Assembly: GCA_047178765.1 (NCBI GenBank) | Contig: JBCQTG010000001.1 | Location: forward strand, 2,581-66,580 | Origin: Rikenellaceae bacterium | Lineage (GTDB): Bacteria; Bacteroidota; Bacteroidia; Bacteroidales; Rikenellaceae | Direction of reading: 5' to 3' | Length of the DNA: 64,000 nt | Part shown: in pieces, positions 60,444 to 64,000 of the stretch | How the letters are laid out: the number at the start of each line of letters is the position of its first letter | Position numbering within the stretch: the first letter of the stretch is position 1 | Made by a program: the position numbers and the translations under genes | The notes under the pieces: model-generated | Databases searched by the model: none | Seen by the model: only the letters and a program-made list of their open reading frames with translations | Told to the model about the DNA's origin: nothing

Positions 60444-62708
60444 ATGGAGGGAAGTAGGCAAAATAGAGTGAATAATGAGGTGTTGAGCCGTGTGCGCATC
60501 ATCTTAGCCCTGCTTGTGTTTATCGTTGTGATAATTATCCTCAGAGTGTTGTGGATACAGTTTGGGTCGAGTGAGATCGCGCTAAACACCGATAAGATGC
60601 ACCATCGAATCTTTCGACCCGAGAGGGTGGAGGCACACCGCGGAACGATCTTTTCGCGCGATGGCGATCCATTGGCTATCTCTATCCAGCGCTACCATGT
60701 CGAGATGGATTTTGGTAGCGAGGGGTTCGATTCATTGCGAACCTTTCGCACACAGAGTGACTCGCTAGCTAAGCTCCTCTCAGCATACTTCAAAGATCGA
60801 ACAACGGCGCAGTATAGGGAGCTGTTTAGATCATCGAGAGATAAACACTATCAGCTGAACTACATAAAGGATACATTGGTACGCCGCTCTGAGGGGTGGT
60901 TTGACCACTTGGTGAATATCGTTAAGGGCAAGCCGATGAAGATAGTTAAGCTCTATGATACCATAAGAAGTCATCGTCCGGTGAAGATCTTCCCGCGCGA
61001 TGTCGACTATGCTGAGTGGCAGGTTTTGCGCCGCTACCCTATTCTCAACTGGAATATGGGTATGACCTATCGTCTGGTTGGTAGTGATGATCGCATCTAC
61101 CCTCATGGCGAGTTGGCGCGCAGAACGATAGGCAAGATCAATGCCGATCGAGGGCAGGATTATGGTATTGAGTTGGTATATAACGACCATCTAGAGGGTG
61201 TTGATGGTGAGGAGATGCGACAACGTATAGCGCGCGGGTTCTATGGTCGAGTGGCTGGAGGCAAGCGCGTAGATGCTGTTGATGGGTTGGATGTTGTAAC
61301 GACAATCGATGCTGAGTTGCAGGATGTTGTCCATCGGGTGCTATATGAACAGATGGTTAGCCATCGCGCTGAGTGGGGAACGACGGTGGTGATGGAGGTT
61401 GAGACGGGTGATATTTTGGCAATGGTCAATCTAGATAGAGATGGTAAGGGTGGATATGTCGAGGGTGAGAATAGAGCCATTGGCGCGAAGTGTGAGCCGG
61501 GATCGACACTTAAGTTGGCTGCTACATTGGCTCTGCTAGATGATGCCGGGATGTCTACCTCGCAGCTATATGATACGGAGGATGGTCGTAGGGTTAGCGT
61601 TGGAAAGACAAAGGTTCAGGACTCACATAAGGGTAATAATGTCGTTGATCTACGTACAGCCTTTGCGCAGTCACTCAATGTCTACTTTGCTAAGGCAGTA
61701 TATGAATATTATGGTGACGACCCTACGAGATACTCAAACTTCCTAAAACGATTAGGTTTAGATAAGAGGGTTGGTTTTGAGGCGTATGGTGAGCCGATGC
61801 CACTGGTTCCCGCTCGGGGTTCGGCATCGTGGTGGGAGGATGTGACCTTGATTAATCAAGGTTATGGTTATGGGTTGGAGATCACCCCATTGCAGTCGTT
61901 AACCTACTACAATGGAGTGGCTAATAATGGAAAGATCGTCGCTCCTCGATTGATTAAGGAGATTAGACGTGATGGTCGAGTGGTTGAGCGCTTCCCTACC
62001 CGCACACTGGTCGATAAGATGTGTACACAACAGACTCTTGACACTGTGCGTAGCTTTATGGTAGAGGTATGTAGAACCGGCTCGGGAGCTATGCATTTGG
62101 GTCACTTTGGAGGCTTCGAGGCGGCTGCTAAGAGTGGTACTGCTCAATATGTTCAGGGTAAATATAAGCGCGGAGAGGGGTGCTATTTCGGTACTATGGT
62201 TGGATATATGCCGGCGGATAAGCCTAAGTACTCTATCATTAGCTCGTTGATGAAGCATAGAAGTAATGGAACAATATATGGCTCCTCACTGGGTGGTCCG
62301 GTGGTTCGCGATGTGATGCAGTATCTCTACAACCAGCAACCAGAGTGGCACTCGCCCCTCGACACTATCCCTCGGGGGAGGTACCCCGTAGCGATTAAGG
62401 GGGGGGAGTCGGCAGCTGTGGATAGGATTGTTCGTGAGTTGATGCCTAGGTGTGATCGTGTTAATGGCAAGGTTGCATGGAGTCGTGCGGAGGTGGATAG
62501 CCTCTCGCGTGTGAGCTATAGCGAGGTGGGTGTTGAGAGGGGCGTAATGCCTAATCTATACAATATGTCGCTGCGTGACGCAATGTTTATTCTGGAGGAT
62601 CAGGGTCTCAAGGTCGACTTTATCGGCAATGGAAGGGTCTATCGCCAGAGTGTGAGGGCTGGGACACTGGTGCGCGAGGGTGCTACGATAACTTTAACTC
62701 TACGATAG
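60444..62708 (+). CDS. ftsI: Division transpeptidase PBP3 with PASTA domain
   Basis: HRGTI, EPGSTLK, SLN, KSGTAQ, C-terminal PASTA; dcw position. Confidence 0.9.
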   Translation: MEGSRQNRVNNEVLSRVRIILALLVFIVVIIILRVLWIQFGSSEIALNTDKMHHRIFRPERVEAHRGTIFSRDGDPLAISIQRYHVEMDFGSEGFDSLRTFRTQSDSLAKLLSAYFKDRTTAQYRELFRSSRDKHYQLNYIKDTLVRRSEGWFDHLVNIVKGKPMKIVKLYDTIRSHRPVKIFPRDVDYAEWQVLRRYPILNWNMGMTYRLVGSDDRIYPHGELARRTIGKINADRGQDYGIELVYNDHLEGVDGEEMRQRIARGFYGRVAGGKRVDAVDGLDVVTTIDAELQDVVHRVLYEQMVSHRAEWGTTVVMEVETGDILAMVNLDRDGKGGYVEGENRAIGAKCEPGSTLKLAATLALLDDAGMSTSQLYDTEDGRRVSVGKTKVQDSHKGNNVVDLRTAFAQSLNVYFAKAVYEYYGDDPTRYSNFLKRLGLDKRVGFEAYGEPMPLVPARGSASWWEDVTLINQGYGYGLEITPLQSLTYYNGVANNGKIVAPRLIKEIRRDGRVVERFPTRTLVDKMCTQQTLDTVRSFMVEVCRTGSGAMHLGHFGGFEAAAKSGTAQYVQGKYKRGEGCYFGTMVGYMPADKPKYSIISSLMKHRSNGTIYGSSLGGPVVRDVMQYLYNQQPEWHSPLDTIPRGRYPVAIKGGESAAVDRIVRELMPRCDRVNGKVAWSRAEVDSLSRVSYSEVGVERGVMPNLYNMSLRDAMFILEDQGLKVDFIGNGRVYRQSVRAGTLVREGATITLTLR

Positions 62709-62711
62709 ATT

Positions 62712-64000
62712 ATGAAGCTAGAGAGACTTATATCGGATGTTGAGAGGCTACAGGTGTATGGAGACACCTCTGTGGAGTGCTGTTCGCTGAGTTATGACTC
62801 GCGAACGGTAGAGGCAGGGGGGTGTTTCTTTGCTGTTGTAGGGAGACAGTCCGATGGTCATCTATTTATCCCTATGGCTGAGCAGCGCGGTGTGAGTGCA
62901 GTGGTGTGTGAGAGGTTACCTGAGCAGCTTAATGAGGGTATCTGTTATATCGTTGTCCCCTCTACTGAGGTGGCTATGGGGCGCATGGCTACAGCGTTTT
63001 ACTCAAACCCTAGCAGGGAGCTAAAGTTGGTTGGGGTGACGGGAACAAATGGAAAGACCACAACGGCGACACTCCTCTCCGAGCTATTTAATCTACTGGG
63101 TTATAAGACGGGGTTAATATCGACAGTCACCTATCGTATTGGAGATAGGGAGTATGACTCAACACACACCACACCCGATGCAATTAGGCTCAATGCGATG
63201 TTACACGAGATGGTTGATGAGGGGTGTGAATATGCCTTTATGGAGGTTTCGTCACACTCAGTTGTGCAGAGCAGAATCGAGGGGTTAACCTTTGAGGGGG
63301 CTATCTTTAGCAACCTTACCCACGACCATCTAGACTACCATGGTAGCTTTGCTGAGTATCTGAGGGCGAAGAAGCGACTCTTCGACTCGCTACCTAAGGG
63401 GGCTTTTGCAGTGACCAATATCGATGATCGCAATGGGGAGGTGATGGTGCAGAATTGCGCTGCACGTGTTGTTCGCTACTCTATGCGCTCGATGGCTGAT
63501 GTTAGGGCAAAGGTTGTTGAGATGCACTTTGATGGGATGCTCATGGAGATAGATGGACAAGAGGTTTGGGTTAGATTGATAGGTCGATTCAATGGCTCTA
63601 ATCTACTATCGTTGTATGCTGCGGCACGTGAGCTGGGTGTAGAGAGAGAAGAGCTGCTGGTGGCTATAAGTAGGCTAGTTAGTGTAAATGGACGCTTTGA
63701 AGCTATCGCTGCAGGAGGTGGGCGTACGGTTGTGATCGATTATGCACACACCCCCGATGCGCTGGAGAATGTGTTGGAGACGGTTGGTGAGATCGCACGC
63801 AGCGTTGGTGCTGAGCGAGATGTGGTGACTGTGTGTGGATGTGGCGGGGAGCGCGATCAGCAGAAGCGTCCAGAGATGGCTAGGGTCGCTTATCGAGCTT
63901 CGTCGATGGTTATCTTCACCTCTGACAACCCACGTAGCGAGGATCCAGAGCAGATTATAGCGCAGATGATCGAGGGGTTAGAGGGGATTGCCCCTATGGC
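62712..64000 (+). CDS. murE: UDP-MurNAc-tripeptide synthetase (partial, runs off the window)
   Basis: Manual translation: YDSR, DGH, GVTGTNGKTT, HTTPD, MEVSSH, FSNLTHDHLDYH, DYAHTPDAL, SDNPR. Confidence 0.95.
   Translation, partial: MKLERLISDVERLQVYGDTSVECCSLSYDSRTVEAGGCFFAVVGRQSDGHLFIPMAEQRGVSAVVCERLPEQLNEGICYIVVPSTEVAMGRMATAFYSNPSRELKLVGVTGTNGKTTTATLLSELFNLLGYKTGLISTVTYRIGDREYDSTHTTPDAIRLNAMLHEMVDEGCEYAFMEVSSHSVVQSRIEGLTFEGAIFSNLTHDHLDYHGSFAEYLRAKKRLFDSLPKGAFAVTNIDDRNGEVMVQNCAARVVRYSMRSMADVRAKVVEMHFDGMLMEIDGQEVWVRLIGRFNGSNLLSLYAAARELGVEREELLVAISRLVSVNGRFEAIAAGGGRTVVIDYAHTPDALENVLETVGEIARSVGAERDVVTVCGCGGERDQQKRPEMARVAYRASSMVIFTSDNPRSEDPEQIIAQMIEGLEGIAPM

Overview
Core-genome window of a Bacteroidota chromosome. 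Protein sequences and TAnnTTTG promoters suggest Rikenellaceae/Alistipes-like, judged by eye. Gene order: end of metH, metF, M20 amidohydrolase, rnr, rpsA; then (minus strand) truA, a kinase-like gene and the tRNA-Thr/Tyr/Gly-tuf-tRNA-Trp-secE-nusG-rplKAJL-rpoBC cluster; gad; OMP-MATE-ricT-gldH-trmB-coaD-lpxD; a ~1.6 kb AT-rich two-gene surface-protein islet; Cof HAD; DPP III plus POT transporter; orphan sensor-trkH-hypothetical-GT90; a two-component pair; marC/yeiH/lysR/ECF sigma; a lipoprotein; rubrerythrin; an RND pump; guaB-guaA; and the start of the dcw cluster (rsmH-ftsL-ftsI-murE, no mraZ). I saw no CRISPR array, prophage, integrase or transposase. The most interesting signals are non-coding: (1) a ~250 nt leader with a 13-codon uORF and mutually exclusive long-range pairings upstream of the islet, whose second gene is out of frame at an A7 tract; (2) a 125 bp strand-asymmetric palindrome with an RPE-1-like core between rplJ and rplL; (3) three copies of a REP-like hairpin family with compensatory substitutions; (4) an apparent strand-skew switch near 42.1 kb; (5) identical strong Shine-Dalgarno motifs before rplJ and rpoC. 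All calls come from reading the sequence; no database searches were run.
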